Below, in pieces: positions 8,698 to 18,912 of a DNA stretch of 64,000 nucleotides. This stretch comes from Clostridiaceae bacterium (lineage in GTDB: Bacteria; Bacillota; Clostridia; Acetivibrionales; DTU013). The position numbers were made by a program, and so were the translations under genes. Below the pieces are notes generated by a model that was given only the letters and a program-made list of their open reading frames with translations, was not told where the DNA came from and made no database searches. Within the stretch, counting starts at the first letter, position 1, and every line of letters starts with the position of its first letter. Where the stretch lies: assembly GCA_012519745.1 (NCBI GenBank), contig JAAYPO010000050.1:664-64663 (forward strand). Direction: 5' to 3'.

Positions 8698-10227
8698 ATG
8701 GCAAATCAATATTTCATGGAAATGCAGCAGATATGCAAGACCTTTCCCGGAGCAAAGGTGCTCAATAATGTCGAGCTCAGGCTCAAGGCCGGTGAAGTGC
8801 GGGCGCTGATGGGGGAAAATGGAGCCGGTAAATCCACCCTGATAAAGATCCTGGGCGGGATCTACAGCAAGGATCAGGGCTGCGGCTGTATTAAAATCAA
8901 TGGTAAGGAAGTTGAAATCAACTCTGTACATGACGCAAAAGCTCACGGGATAAGTATCATTCATCAGGAAATCAGTCTTGCAGAAAACATGACAGTGGCT
9001 GACAACCTTTTTATGGGTGAAGAACTGTTGAAAAAGGTAAGATGCTTTGTTGATGACAAGGAGATGATCAATAAGGCACAGCAGGTCATTGACAGTATGG
9101 GCATGGACATAGATGTGCGTACAAAGGTGGGCGACCTGAGCATAGCAAAACAGCAGATGGTGGAGATATGCAGAGCTTTGATGTATGATTCAAAGCTTAT
9201 AGTAATGGATGAGCCCACATCTTCGCTGACACAGACAGAAATCGAGCAGCTTTTTATTCAGATAGAGAAGCTGAAGAAAAACGGAATAGCCATCATTTAC
9301 ATTTCTCATAGGATGGACGAAATATTCAGGATCGCGGACTCCATTACGGTACTCCGGGATGGTGAGCTGATAGGAACCGATCTGGCAGCCAGCCTGGATA
9401 GGGATAAGCTTATTGCCATGATGGTTGGACGCGAATTAATGGAAGTTTACAAAAATGACGAAAAACCCGAACCGGGCGATGAGTGCCTGGTTGTTAAAAA
9501 ATTTGAAAATAAATACCTGAAGGATGTCAGTTTCTCACTGCGCAGGGGCGAGATCCTCGGGTTTGCAGGACTTGTAGGCGCGGGACGCACCGAGCTGGCC
9601 AGAGCCATTTTCGGGATCGACAAGGTCGACTCGGGAGAGATATTCATCGAGGGAGAAAGAGCAATCATCAGAAGGCCGCAGGATGCCATTGCCAGGAGGA
9701 TCGCATATATTCCCGAAAACCGGAAGCTCGAGGGGTTGTTCCTGACAAATAATATCAGGTACAATGTTTCGATTTCCGTACTCGACAAATTTATTAAGCT
9801 CATCGGCGTGAATAAAAAGACTGAACAGGGTATTCTTGATGAGCATCAGGGATCCTTGTCGATCAGGATGACTTCAGGTGAGCAAAAGGTTCAGCAATTG
9901 TCCGGAGGCAATCAACAGAAGGTGCTGGTTGCGAAATGGCTGGCTACCGATCCACAGATACTTATATTGGACGAGCCTACCAGAGGGATCGATGTCGGGG
10001 CAAAGGCCGCGATATACCAGCTGATCTACACACTTGCCAGACAGGGCGTAGCTATAATGCTGATTTCTTCCGAGATGGAGGAAATCATTAACATGAGCAC
10101 CAGGATCGTGGTGATGCACGAGGGTGAGAAAGCCGGTGAACTGGAGAATAAAGGGACGTCGGAAACAATGCAGGAAAAAATTATGCTGCTTGCATCAGGA
10201 GGTAAAATAAATGGAGAAGGGAATTAG
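8698..10227 (+). CDS. Sugar ABC transporter ATP-binding protein (two fused ABC cassettes, RbsA/MglA type)
   Basis: Walker A GENGAGKST and GLVGAGRTE; signatures LSIAKQQ and LSGGNQQK. The ATG at 8698 has GGAGG 5 nt upstream, whereas the track start at 8641 lies inside the hairpin. Confidence 0.9.
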   Translation: MANQYFMEMQQICKTFPGAKVLNNVELRLKAGEVRALMGENGAGKSTLIKILGGIYSKDQGCGCIKINGKEVEINSVHDAKAHGISIIHQEISLAENMTVADNLFMGEELLKKVRCFVDDKEMINKAQQVIDSMGMDIDVRTKVGDLSIAKQQMVEICRALMYDSKLIVMDEPTSSLTQTEIEQLFIQIEKLKKNGIAIIYISHRMDEIFRIADSITVLRDGELIGTDLAASLDRDKLIAMMVGRELMEVYKNDEKPEPGDECLVVKKFENKYLKDVSFSLRRGEILGFAGLVGAGRTELARAIFGIDKVDSGEIFIEGERAIIRRPQDAIARRIAYIPENRKLEGLFLTNNIRYNVSISVLDKFIKLIGVNKKTEQGILDEHQGSLSIRMTSGEQKVQQLSGGNQQKVLVAKWLATDPQILILDEPTRGIDVGAKAAIYQLIYTLARQGVAIMLISSEMEEIINMSTRIVVMHEGEKAGELENKGTSETMQEKIMLLASGGKINGEGN

Positions 10228-11206
10228 CTCTGAAACAAGGATCAAGAATAGTAATATCTATGCCAACCCGGTCGTGCGTTATTTTAAAGATAATCTGGGT
10301 ATATTGCTCGCACTGTTTGTAATGTGTCTTATACTTTCAATAGCAACAGATTCCTTCTTCGATGGAAAGAACATGCTGACGGTATTGCGCCAGATTTGTA
10401 TAAATGCGCTGCTGGCATTCGGGATGACCTTTGTTCTGATCATCGGCGGAATTGACCTTACGGTAGGCTCGGTCGTCGGCGCCAGCGGTGTGGCTGTTGT
10501 CATGCTGATGGAGGCCGGTGTCGGTATGATCCCCGCTATCCTGATAGCATTGGCCCTTGGCGCGGTCATCGGCCTGATAAACGGTACGATCATTGCATTG
10601 ACCGGAATGCCTGCATTTATAGTGACTCTTTCGATGATGGGTTCGATCCGGGGACTGGCATACATTATAACAGACGGCAGATCTAAAGCCAGCAGCAATC
10701 AGACATTCACATCCATGGGAAACGGTTATCTGCTCGGAATACCGATTCCGATCTATATATTGGCGGTAGTAATGATCATCGTATCGATCATTCTTTATAA
10801 GACGAAGTTCGGCAGGAGGATGTATGCTATCGGCGGGAATCCTACAGCCGCTAAATATACAGGTATAAATATCAAAGGCATTACCATAAAGGTGTACGTA
10901 CTGTCTGCAGTACTGTCTGCGCTGGCCGGCATAATCCTTGCTTCGAGGATGTTTTCAGGCCAGCCCACCGCAGGCCAGGGATATGAATCGGATGCCATTG
11001 CGGCTGCCGTTCTTGGCGGCACAAGCTTTTCCGGAGGAATCGGAACGATCGGAGGAACCCTTATCGGTGCTCTTGTAATCGGTGTGCTCAGTAATGGACT
11101 GAACCTGCTCCATATTCCTTCCTACGTGCAGATGGTAATAAAGGGCATTGTCATTATTTTAGCAGTCGGTTTTGATATCATCAAAAACAGGAATAATCGT
11201 AAATAA
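10211..11206 (+). CDS. Sugar ABC transporter permease (RbsC/BPD_transp_2 type)
   Basis: About 10 hydrophobic segments. GGIDLTVGSV and AAAVLGGTSFSGGIGTIGGT motifs. Overlaps the end of the ATPase gene by 17 nt. Confidence 0.88.
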   Translation: MEKGISSETRIKNSNIYANPVVRYFKDNLGILLALFVMCLILSIATDSFFDGKNMLTVLRQICINALLAFGMTFVLIIGGIDLTVGSVVGASGVAVVMLMEAGVGMIPAILIALALGAVIGLINGTIIALTGMPAFIVTLSMMGSIRGLAYIITDGRSKASSNQTFTSMGNGYLLGIPIPIYILAVVMIIVSIILYKTKFGRRMYAIGGNPTAAKYTGINIKGITIKVYVLSAVLSALAGIILASRMFSGQPTAGQGYESDAIAAAVLGGTSFSGGIGTIGGTLIGALVIGVLSNGLNLLHIPSYVQMVIKGIVIILAVGFDIIKNRNNRK

Positions 11207-11248
11207 GCAGGGTGCCGAAAATAAGACGGGCTTGGGAGAATTGAGAAT

Positions 11249-12895
11249 ATGAACAGGGGTCCATATGTAATAGGAGTAGATTTTGGTACAGATTCCGCAC
11301 GCGCGCTTGTTATAGACGGGCTCAGCGGAAAAGTATCAGGTCAGGCTCAGCATTTATATAAAAGGTGGAGCGAGGGCAAATATCAAAATCCGGATATCAG
11401 CATGTACCGGCAGCATCCTCTTGACTATGTGGAGGCATTTGAAGCCGCAGTATGTAAAGCGCTGGATGAAGCGGGCGCAGATGTCCGGCGGCATGTCGCA
11501 TGTATATCCATCGATACGACAGGCTCGACGCCGTGCCCTGTGAACAGGGAGGGTGTCCCGCTGGCTCTTTTGGATGAGTTCAGTGAAAATGAAAACGCAA
11601 TGTTCCACCTTTGGAAGGACCACACAGCAATAGCTGAGGCTATTGAGATAAATGAGGCGTTCTCTGATTATAATGGAATTGATTATACAAGATATCAGGG
11701 AACATATAGCTCTGAATGGTATTGGGCAAAGATCCTGCACACCTCCAGGGTTGACAGCGGCGTCAAGGCGGCTGCATATTCGTGGGTGGAGCATTGTGAC
11801 TGGCTGACGGGTCTGTTGGCTGGGAAAACGGAACCGTCGACGATGTACCGCTGCTCTTGCGCAGCAGGCCACAAGGCTTTGTGGCACAGCGCGTGGGGAG
11901 GGCTGCCGGCAGTTGGATGCCTTAATGGCATAGATCCATATCTGGGCGAGGTGGCTTTGTCATATGGCAGAAACGTACAGCCATCGGACCGCCCTGTGGG
12001 TAAAATAACCCGCGAATGGGCCGAACGGCTGGGTGTACCTGAAGATACGCTCATCGGCGGAACATCGTTTGATGCGCATGCGGGAGCTGTAGGTGCAGGA
12101 GTCGGGAAGAATATACTTGTCACGAATGTCGGCACATCTACCGTGGATATGATGGTTGAGAAAGCTGCTGCGCTTGAGGGAAAGAATCTTAAGTATGCCT
12201 GCGGTCAGGCAGAAAATTCGATCATACCGGGCTATGTCGGGATAGAGGCAGGTCAGGCTGCATTCGGGGATATTTTTGCATGGTTCAGGAAGCTGCTGAT
12301 GTGGCCTGTCAAAAGTATGGGCCTTGTGAGCGAAAGCACAGTACAGGATATTGAGGAGAACCTTCTTGCGGCGATTTCCGAAGAGGCGGAAATGGTGGAT
12401 GTCGGCAGTGCCATAACTGCACTGGACTGGTTTAACGGAAGAAGATATCCAAGTACGAATGAAATGGTCAAGGGCGCATTTAGTGAACTCACATTGGGGA
12501 CAAGCGCGCCTCAGCTTTATCAGGCGCTGGTACATGCAGCAGTTTTCGGCCTGAAGCGCATCGTTGAAGCCTTCAGGAATGAAGGGCTGCAGATAGACGA
12601 AGTCATTGCAGTAGGCGGCATCGCACAAAAATCACCGTACATCATGCAGACAATGGCTGACGTTATTGGCTGCAGGGTAAATGTATCTGCTGCAACACAG
12701 GCGTGCGCCAGAGGCGCTGCTATTTATGCCGCAGTGTCCTGCGGGTTGTACGATACGATAGAAGCAGCGCAGAAACAACTCTGCGAAGACTATATCAGAT
12801 CATACACACCGGACCCTGAAAAAGGTGAAGCATATTTGAAGCTCTATGAGAGGTATTGTGCATTAGGCGGCTTTGTTGAAGAAAGCACAAAATGA
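11249..12895 (+). CDS. araB: FGGY-family pentulose kinase, AraB-like ribulokinase
   Basis: IGVDFGTDSARA, SSEWYWAKILH, PGYVGIEAGQAAFGD, ALDWFNGRR and GGIAQKSPYIMQ closely follow the L-ribulokinase pattern. Length is 548 aa. Confidence 0.8.
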   Translation: MNRGPYVIGVDFGTDSARALVIDGLSGKVSGQAQHLYKRWSEGKYQNPDISMYRQHPLDYVEAFEAAVCKALDEAGADVRRHVACISIDTTGSTPCPVNREGVPLALLDEFSENENAMFHLWKDHTAIAEAIEINEAFSDYNGIDYTRYQGTYSSEWYWAKILHTSRVDSGVKAAAYSWVEHCDWLTGLLAGKTEPSTMYRCSCAAGHKALWHSAWGGLPAVGCLNGIDPYLGEVALSYGRNVQPSDRPVGKITREWAERLGVPEDTLIGGTSFDAHAGAVGAGVGKNILVTNVGTSTVDMMVEKAAALEGKNLKYACGQAENSIIPGYVGIEAGQAAFGDIFAWFRKLLMWPVKSMGLVSESTVQDIEENLLAAISEEAEMVDVGSAITALDWFNGRRYPSTNEMVKGAFSELTLGTSAPQLYQALVHAAVFGLKRIVEAFRNEGLQIDEVIAVGGIAQKSPYIMQTMADVIGCRVNVSAATQACARGAAIYAAVSCGLYDTIEAAQKQLCEDYIRSYTPDPEKGEAYLKLYERYCALGGFVEESTK

Positions 12896-12972
12896 TACGG
12901 TTCAGGACTATTATCATGACGCGCTGTTGACCATAGCAGGACTGCTTGAGCAGCCTGCGCCGTATGGATGTC

Positions 12973-13347
12973 CTAAGAATTTATGTAAAAGTCCAGTATA
13001 TCTTCTATGCTGATTATCCCTCTGACAGTCTCGCCTTCCAATACCGGCATGGCTATGATATTGTTTTCTCTCAGCGTTCTTGCCACGGTCAGCAGATCGT
13101 CATCCACGGATGCAGATATCACTTTTTTGGTCATGACCCACTCCACAGGGCATTTCTCGATATGGCCGGGAGTTGTCAGGAATCTGTATATATCGGCCTT
13201 TACCACCATGCCGACCAATCTGCCCATATTGTCGACGACTGGTGCTCCGTTCACCTTCATGCTGCTCATTTTTTCGAGAGCGGCATCGATTGTCTCATCC
13301 TCCCGGATCGTGATGAAATTTCTTTTCATCAATTTGTATATTTTCAA
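12973..13347 (-). CDS. CBS-domain pair protein
   Basis: 124 aa made of two CBS motifs (MKRNFITIRED..., VMTKKVISASVDD...GIISIEDIL). Confidence 0.8.
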   Translation of the reverse strand: MKIYKLMKRNFITIREDETIDAALEKMSSMKVNGAPVVDNMGRLVGMVVKADIYRFLTTPGHIEKCPVEWVMTKKVISASVDDDLLTVARTLRENNIIAMPVLEGETVRGIISIEDILDFYINS

Positions 13348-13534
13348 CTCACCACCGCCTTAATATATTATATATATGCATTATATCATAAAATAGTATA
13401 TTCTGGCGAAATATTGTATTGGAGAGGATCATCTTCAAATTGATATCGGAAAAGCATGTGGTATAATACTGATGACAAGCATGTCAGTTAGATAATTATT
13501 GTATATTGTGAATAGATAGAGAGGTTTGTGGAAA

Positions 13535-14974
13535 ATGAGAAAGACGAAAATCATATGTACCCTTGGACCGGCTGTCGGAGATGAGCAGATCCTAAGGGAG
13601 CTCATAGCCGAAGGGATTGATGTAGCCAGGCTGAATTTCTCCCACGGCAGTCATGAGGAGCATTTGGAGAGGGTACGGATCTTTAAGAAGGTCAGAGAAG
13701 AAACGGGCAAGCCCGTGGCTTTGCTTTTGGATACCAAAGGGCCGGAAATAAGGATCGGGCGGTTTGAAACCGGCATGGTCGAGCTGTGCCCGGATGAAAT
13801 ATTCACATTGACTACCCGGGAATATGTGGGTACTAAGGAGAAGGTCCATGTCAACTATAAAAATCTGCCAAGGATAGTAAAGAAGGGTGACAGAATACTT
13901 ATCGATGATGGCCTTGTGGAGATGGTCGTTGTTGAATGCACAGCAGAAGATGTCATATGCAGGGTCCTTAATAACGGTGTCATCAAGGATAACAAGAGCG
14001 TTAATGTCCCGGGGGCAAGGCTGGATATGCCCTATCTCAGCGAGAGAGATGCACAGGATATCCTCTTTGCCATCAGAAACGATTTTGATTATATAGCAGC
14101 TTCATTTGCACGGACGGCAGCGGACATCCTGGATGTCAGAAGCTTCCTGGAAAAGAATGACGGCAAGGGCATCCAGATCATTGCGAAGATAGAGAATGAA
14201 GAGGGCGTAAGCAACATTGATGAGATACTTGCTGTCAGTGACGGGATCATGGTGGCCCGTGGGGATATGGGTGTTGAGATCAACTATAATGAGCTTCCCC
14301 GGATCCAGAAAATGCTCATAAAGAAGGCCATGTTTTATGGGAAAAAATCTATTACGGCAACTCAGATGCTGGATTCCATGATCACCAGGCCCAGGCCTAC
14401 CAGAGCCGAGATCAGTGATGTGGCAAATGCCATATATGACGGGACCAGCGCCATCATGCTCTCCGGGGAGACATCAGTAGGGAGTTATCCCGTTGAAAGC
14501 GTCAGGACCATGGCGAAAATCGCGAAAAGCACCGAATCTGCGATACACTATAAAAAGCGCTTTAATCAAATGGAGCATGGAGAAGCTATTATAAATGTCG
14601 TGACCAATGCCATCAGCCGTGCTACCTGCACCACTGCCCACGACTTGGATGCCGCAGCAATCGTTACATTGACAGAGACCGGGAGCACCGCACGGATGAT
14701 TTCAAAGTTCCGGCCTATGTGCCCTATCATAGGCTGTACTACAAATGAGAGGGTATGCAGGCAATTGTCCATGTCATGGGGTGTCACACCTGTTTTATTT
14801 GAAGAAAAACAGACCAGCGACGAGCTTTTTGAACACGCGATCGAAAAGGCCGTAGAAACGGGTATTGTCAAATACGGAGATCTGGTGGTGCTGACTGCCG
14901 GTCTTCCTATGGGCATGTCCGGTACCACCAATACCTTGAAGGTCCAGACTATTACACCCCAGGGAAACAGATAA
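13535..14974 (+). CDS. pyk: Pyruvate kinase
   Basis: MRKTKIICTLGPA, ARLNFSHG, DTKGPEIR, MVARGDMGVE, ATQMLDSM. The ATG at 13535 follows GAGAGG. Confidence 0.95.
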   Translation: MRKTKIICTLGPAVGDEQILRELIAEGIDVARLNFSHGSHEEHLERVRIFKKVREETGKPVALLLDTKGPEIRIGRFETGMVELCPDEIFTLTTREYVGTKEKVHVNYKNLPRIVKKGDRILIDDGLVEMVVVECTAEDVICRVLNNGVIKDNKSVNVPGARLDMPYLSERDAQDILFAIRNDFDYIAASFARTAADILDVRSFLEKNDGKGIQIIAKIENEEGVSNIDEILAVSDGIMVARGDMGVEINYNELPRIQKMLIKKAMFYGKKSITATQMLDSMITRPRPTRAEISDVANAIYDGTSAIMLSGETSVGSYPVESVRTMAKIAKSTESAIHYKKRFNQMEHGEAIINVVTNAISRATCTTAHDLDAAAIVTLTETGSTARMISKFRPMCPIIGCTTNERVCRQLSMSWGVTPVLFEEKQTSDELFEHAIEKAVETGIVKYGDLVVLTAGLPMGMSGTTNTLKVQTITPQGNR

Positions 14975-14984
14975 ATGCAAAGAG

Positions 14985-17834
14985 GTGTCAGACTTGAAAA
15001 AACGTATCATTGCAGCTTCTATTATTGTCCTTATCGCTGCTGTCGTAGTTGCCATTGCTGTGATAGCTCCACGGAATTTGGCAATTGGTGATATTTCGCA
15101 GACAAATGGGGGTCAGGGTGAAGCAGACGGAGGCGGAGGCGGGGATTCCGCAGGCGCAGGCGGGGATGCCGCAGGTGGAAGGAAGCAGTTGAGAATATTT
15201 ACCCTCGATAAGGAGCTTGAGGTAATAATCAAGCAATATGTGAAAATGCATCCGGAGTTTGACTATGATATAGTCTGCCGGGAAAATGATATTGACTTTT
15301 TCTACGATCTGAACTACAGCCTGCAAAACATCGAGAGCACCGATGTGGACCTCTACTGTGTCCCTGCTGTATATGCCCAGTGGTATATAAAGGGGGACTA
15401 TTCCAGGTTTGCAAGTACGTATGAAGAGCTTGGCATCGATGTGGGCCCCGCTTTGGAGAAGGCCGATATACCGCATGAGATAGTGGATGCAGGGACCCGG
15501 CCGGATGGTGAATTGATAGCGCTTCCTTTTAAAAAGAATATCAACCTTTTCATGTATCGACGTTCTATTGCCAAAGATGTATGGGGAACAGACGATCCGG
15601 ATAAGATCGCAGATATCATAGGTGCAGGCACCGGAAAATGGGACGGGTTCCTGAAGGCGGCGCAGACCTTGAAGGAACACGGCTGTTATATGCTGCCTGA
15701 CTGCCAGAAGCTCTCCGGCTTGGTGACAACGGGCATATCCGAAGATATGCTTGCCAACGGGAGCTATGATGTGGATCCAAAGTGGGTAGAATATATGGAC
15801 ATTTCAAAACACCTCCTTGATAAGGGCTTTGCAAAAAATACACTGCCCTGGACAGAGGAATGGATCGGGAATCTGAATGGCAAAGGCGATAAGCCGGTAT
15901 TTGCCGCGTTCATAGGAGATAACCATATAAGGGAGCTGTCTGACCTGCTCAAGAGCAGAGATGGTGAATGGGCAGTATGCCTGCCTCCGGTCAGTGTGGA
16001 CACAGGCTTCTATACAGGCTTTGAGGATATGGATCACTATACAGGGATCATGGTCAATAAGAACTCGCCAAATAAAGATGCGCTGGGGCCCCTTATAGAA
16101 TGGATCACACTGGACTGCTCCAAAACAGGACTGCAATATAGTCTGGCAAATGATACTTTTTACAGTCGTGCCGGTGGTGACGAGCAGCGGAAATATGGCG
16201 GAAAGAGGTCTGTCGTTTCGGGGACTGTTCTGAAAAACACAAATAACGCCAATGCATTTCTGGGCGGGCAAAATATCAACACCTTGATATATGAGGCACT
16301 GCAAACGCCGGCGGGCAAGCATCATGCTCCGGGCATGGAGCTGTTCAGGCTTTGGTATTATGAGACAGAGGCGTATCTCAGAGGGGAAAAGGACAGACAG
16401 ACCGCTTTTGCAGACTATATAAAAGCGGCAAAGGAATATGAACAGAGCAGCCGGGATATGCTGCAGGTGAACGGGTTTCATTATTCCGCCGACGGAAGAT
16501 TATATTCTCTCATCGGCAGCAGAGAGCTGAATGTATACTCTTACGACGGTGTACTGCCGGAGTTGATAAAGGAATATGTCAGGAGCCATCCGGAGTTCAA
16601 TTTCAAGGTGAACTGGTATCATTACGCATTGGTGGACGATTTTTACACTCTTGGTGCCATAAATGACAACCTGCACAGCAGCAGCGGGGAAGTGGTGGAC
16701 ATATACTGCATCCCTAATGTTTATTCACATGAGTACATCAAGGGAGAATACGCAAAACATGCAAGTACATATAGAGAGCTTGGCATCGATATCGACACGG
16801 CCTTACAAAAGGCTGACATCCCTCAGTATGTGATCGATGCCGGAACGAATCCGGCCGGTGAAGTGATCGCACTGCCATATCAGGCAGGAGTAAATGTATT
16901 TATGTACCGGCACTCCATTGCAAAGGATGTCTGGGGAACGGATGATCCGGACAGGATCGCGGAGATCATCGGCTCAGGCACCGGAAAATGGGACAGGTTC
17001 CTGGAAGCGGCGCAAACACTGAAGGAGCACGGCTGTTATATAGTACCGGGATACCGGGATATCTCGGAAATGATCGATACCGGGATCACTGGCTCCGGCC
17101 GGGCAGCGGACAGCGGCTTTGGTATAAACCCCATGTGGGAAGAATTCATGGATGTCTCAAAACAGATGCGGGACAAGGGTTATATAAATGACAAGAGATG
17201 GTGGTCTGAGGAATGGACAGATGCCCTGAAGGGGAAGGCTGATAAACCTGTATTTGGTGCCGTCATGCCCTTTGAATATCTGGAAAGTCTGGCAAGATCC
17301 GATTACTATCTGAAGAGCACCGCCGGCGACTGGGCGGTATGCGTGCCTCCGTTTAAAACCAAAGCCGGCTTTTACACCGGGATAATGGTCAATAAGGATT
17401 CACCGAATAAAAGGGCATTGAAGCCGTTGGTTGAATGGCTGACATTGGACTGTTCACAGGAAGGTCTCCAGTATCGCCTGACTAATGATACACTATTTGC
17501 TAAAGACAGCCAGACGCATCAAAATTACGGTGGAAAAAAGGCTGTGGTTTGCGGGACCATACTTAGGAATACAAATTGCAGCATTGACTTCCTGGGCGGG
17601 CAGGATATCAATCCTGTGATATACGATGCTCTGAATACTCCAACCGGAACACATGAGCATTATGGCCTGGAAGGTGCAGTTTCCGGCCATTGGCTGGACA
17701 AGACAGCAGCGTATATCAACGAAGAGGTGGACAAGGAAACTGCTATAGCAGGTTTGGCGGATGCGGCAAAGGAGTCCGAAAGATTGTATAAGAGCCTGCT
17801 TGATCAGTATGGAGTATCATTTCTGCTTCCCTGA
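14985..17834 (+). CDS. Membrane-anchored protein with two tandem SBP-like modules, paralog of ORF 113-2215
   Basis: N-terminal TM (IIAASIIVLIAAVVVAIAVIA) and a Gly-rich linker. The block D[IL]YC.P..Y...YIKG.Y...ASTY.ELGID...AL.KADIP...DAGT.P.GE.IALP...WGTDDPD.IA.IIG.GTGKWD.FL.AAQTLKEHGCY occurs twice. TTG at 14994 (8 nt after AGAGG) is a likelier start than GTG at 14985. Confidence 0.8.
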   Translation: MSDLKKRIIAASIIVLIAAVVVAIAVIAPRNLAIGDISQTNGGQGEADGGGGGDSAGAGGDAAGGRKQLRIFTLDKELEVIIKQYVKMHPEFDYDIVCRENDIDFFYDLNYSLQNIESTDVDLYCVPAVYAQWYIKGDYSRFASTYEELGIDVGPALEKADIPHEIVDAGTRPDGELIALPFKKNINLFMYRRSIAKDVWGTDDPDKIADIIGAGTGKWDGFLKAAQTLKEHGCYMLPDCQKLSGLVTTGISEDMLANGSYDVDPKWVEYMDISKHLLDKGFAKNTLPWTEEWIGNLNGKGDKPVFAAFIGDNHIRELSDLLKSRDGEWAVCLPPVSVDTGFYTGFEDMDHYTGIMVNKNSPNKDALGPLIEWITLDCSKTGLQYSLANDTFYSRAGGDEQRKYGGKRSVVSGTVLKNTNNANAFLGGQNINTLIYEALQTPAGKHHAPGMELFRLWYYETEAYLRGEKDRQTAFADYIKAAKEYEQSSRDMLQVNGFHYSADGRLYSLIGSRELNVYSYDGVLPELIKEYVRSHPEFNFKVNWYHYALVDDFYTLGAINDNLHSSSGEVVDIYCIPNVYSHEYIKGEYAKHASTYRELGIDIDTALQKADIPQYVIDAGTNPAGEVIALPYQAGVNVFMYRHSIAKDVWGTDDPDRIAEIIGSGTGKWDRFLEAAQTLKEHGCYIVPGYRDISEMIDTGITGSGRAADSGFGINPMWEEFMDVSKQMRDKGYINDKRWWSEEWTDALKGKADKPVFGAVMPFEYLESLARSDYYLKSTAGDWAVCVPPFKTKAGFYTGIMVNKDSPNKRALKPLVEWLTLDCSQEGLQYRLTNDTLFAKDSQTHQNYGGKKAVVCGTILRNTNCSIDFLGGQDINPVIYDALNTPTGTHEHYGLEGAVSGHWLDKTAAYINEEVDKETAIAGLADAAKESERLYKSLLDQYGVSFLLP

Positions 17835-17869
17835 TGCAGCCTGTGTATTACCACGGTTAAAGTAATTAT

Positions 17870-17898
17870 TTGACAAATCACCAAAAATTGAGTAGTAT
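17870..17898 (+). promoter_or_regulatory. Candidate promoter of the MoxR/Bat-like operon, overlapping the upstream terminator
   Basis: TTGACA (17870-17875), 17-nt spacer, TAGTAT (17893-17898). Confidence 0.4.
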
Positions 17899-17938
17899 TT
17901 TGTTGATAAAGGTAATGTAAACAAAATACTACTTTTTT
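17891..17938 (+). terminator. Rho-independent terminator after ORF 14985-17834
   Basis: Perfect 13-bp stem AGTAGTATTTTGT / ACAAAATACTACT with a 17-nt loop, followed by TTTTT. Confidence 0.8.
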
Positions 17939-17956
17939 GCGTCAAGGGGGACCAAA

Positions 17957-18910
17957 ATGGAGAGCGTCAGTTTTATTGAAGAGAAGAAACTCATTGATGC
18001 CCTTAAAGCCGAAATAGGCAAAGTGATCATAGGGCAGGATTACATTGTTGACAGGATCCTTGTGGGCATTCTGACAGGAGGCCATATATTGCTCGAAGGG
18101 GTCCCCGGACTTGCCAAATCCCTCATCGCCAGCACTATTGCAAAAGCAGTGGGGGTCGACTACAGGAGGATCCAATTCACACCTGACCTGCTGCCTGCAG
18201 ATATTGTGGGTACTGAGATATATAAGCAGAATACAGGTGAATTTGTCATTAAAAAAGGACCTATTTTTGCAAATCTCATCCTGGCCGATGAGATAAACCG
18301 TGCTCCCGCCAAGGTTCAGTCCGCATTGCTTGAGGCAATGCAGGAGGGGCAGGTGACCATCGGGGAAGAGACCTACGAGCTTGAAAAGCCGTTTATTGTC
18401 ATCGCCACCCAGAATCCTCTGGAGCAGCAGGGCACATATCCGCTGCCGGAAGCCCAGCAGGACCGTTTTATGCTCAAGCTGAAGGTGGGCTACCCCATGC
18501 CGGAGGAGGAGAAGAAGATCATTAAGCGCTTTACCGGCGGTGTTAAGGAAGAGTCGGAGATAAAGCCTGTTTTGTCCCGTGATGATATTTTTGAAATGAG
18601 GAAGAAAGTCGACTGTATATATGTCGACGACAGCATCGAAAATTACGTATTGAATATAGTGTTCAAGACCAGGAGCAAGTCGCAGTATATATCCTGCGGT
18701 GCTTCGCCCCGGGCATCCATAAGCCTGATCAAGGCGGCAAAGGGCATGGCGTTCCTGAACGGCCGCAATTTTGTGACCCCGGACGATATCAAGTCCATGG
18801 TGTTCCATGTGCTCCGCCACAGGATCATAATGTCCTACGAGGCCGAAGCGGAGGACATTATGGTGGAGAGACTCATCAGTGAGATCATGGAACAGGTGAA
18901 CCTGCCATAG
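17957..18910 (+). CDS. MoxR-family AAA+ ATPase
   Basis: GVPGLAKS Walker A, ILADEINRAPAKVQSALLEAMQE Walker B/sensor region, ATQNPLEQQGTYPLPEAQQDRF. Confidence 0.93.
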   Translation: MESVSFIEEKKLIDALKAEIGKVIIGQDYIVDRILVGILTGGHILLEGVPGLAKSLIASTIAKAVGVDYRRIQFTPDLLPADIVGTEIYKQNTGEFVIKKGPIFANLILADEINRAPAKVQSALLEAMQEGQVTIGEETYELEKPFIVIATQNPLEQQGTYPLPEAQQDRFMLKLKVGYPMPEEEKKIIKRFTGGVKEESEIKPVLSRDDIFEMRKKVDCIYVDDSIENYVLNIVFKTRSKSQYISCGASPRASISLIKAAKGMAFLNGRNFVTPDDIKSMVFHVLRHRIIMSYEAEAEDIMVERLISEIMEQVNLP

Positions 18911-18912
18911 CA

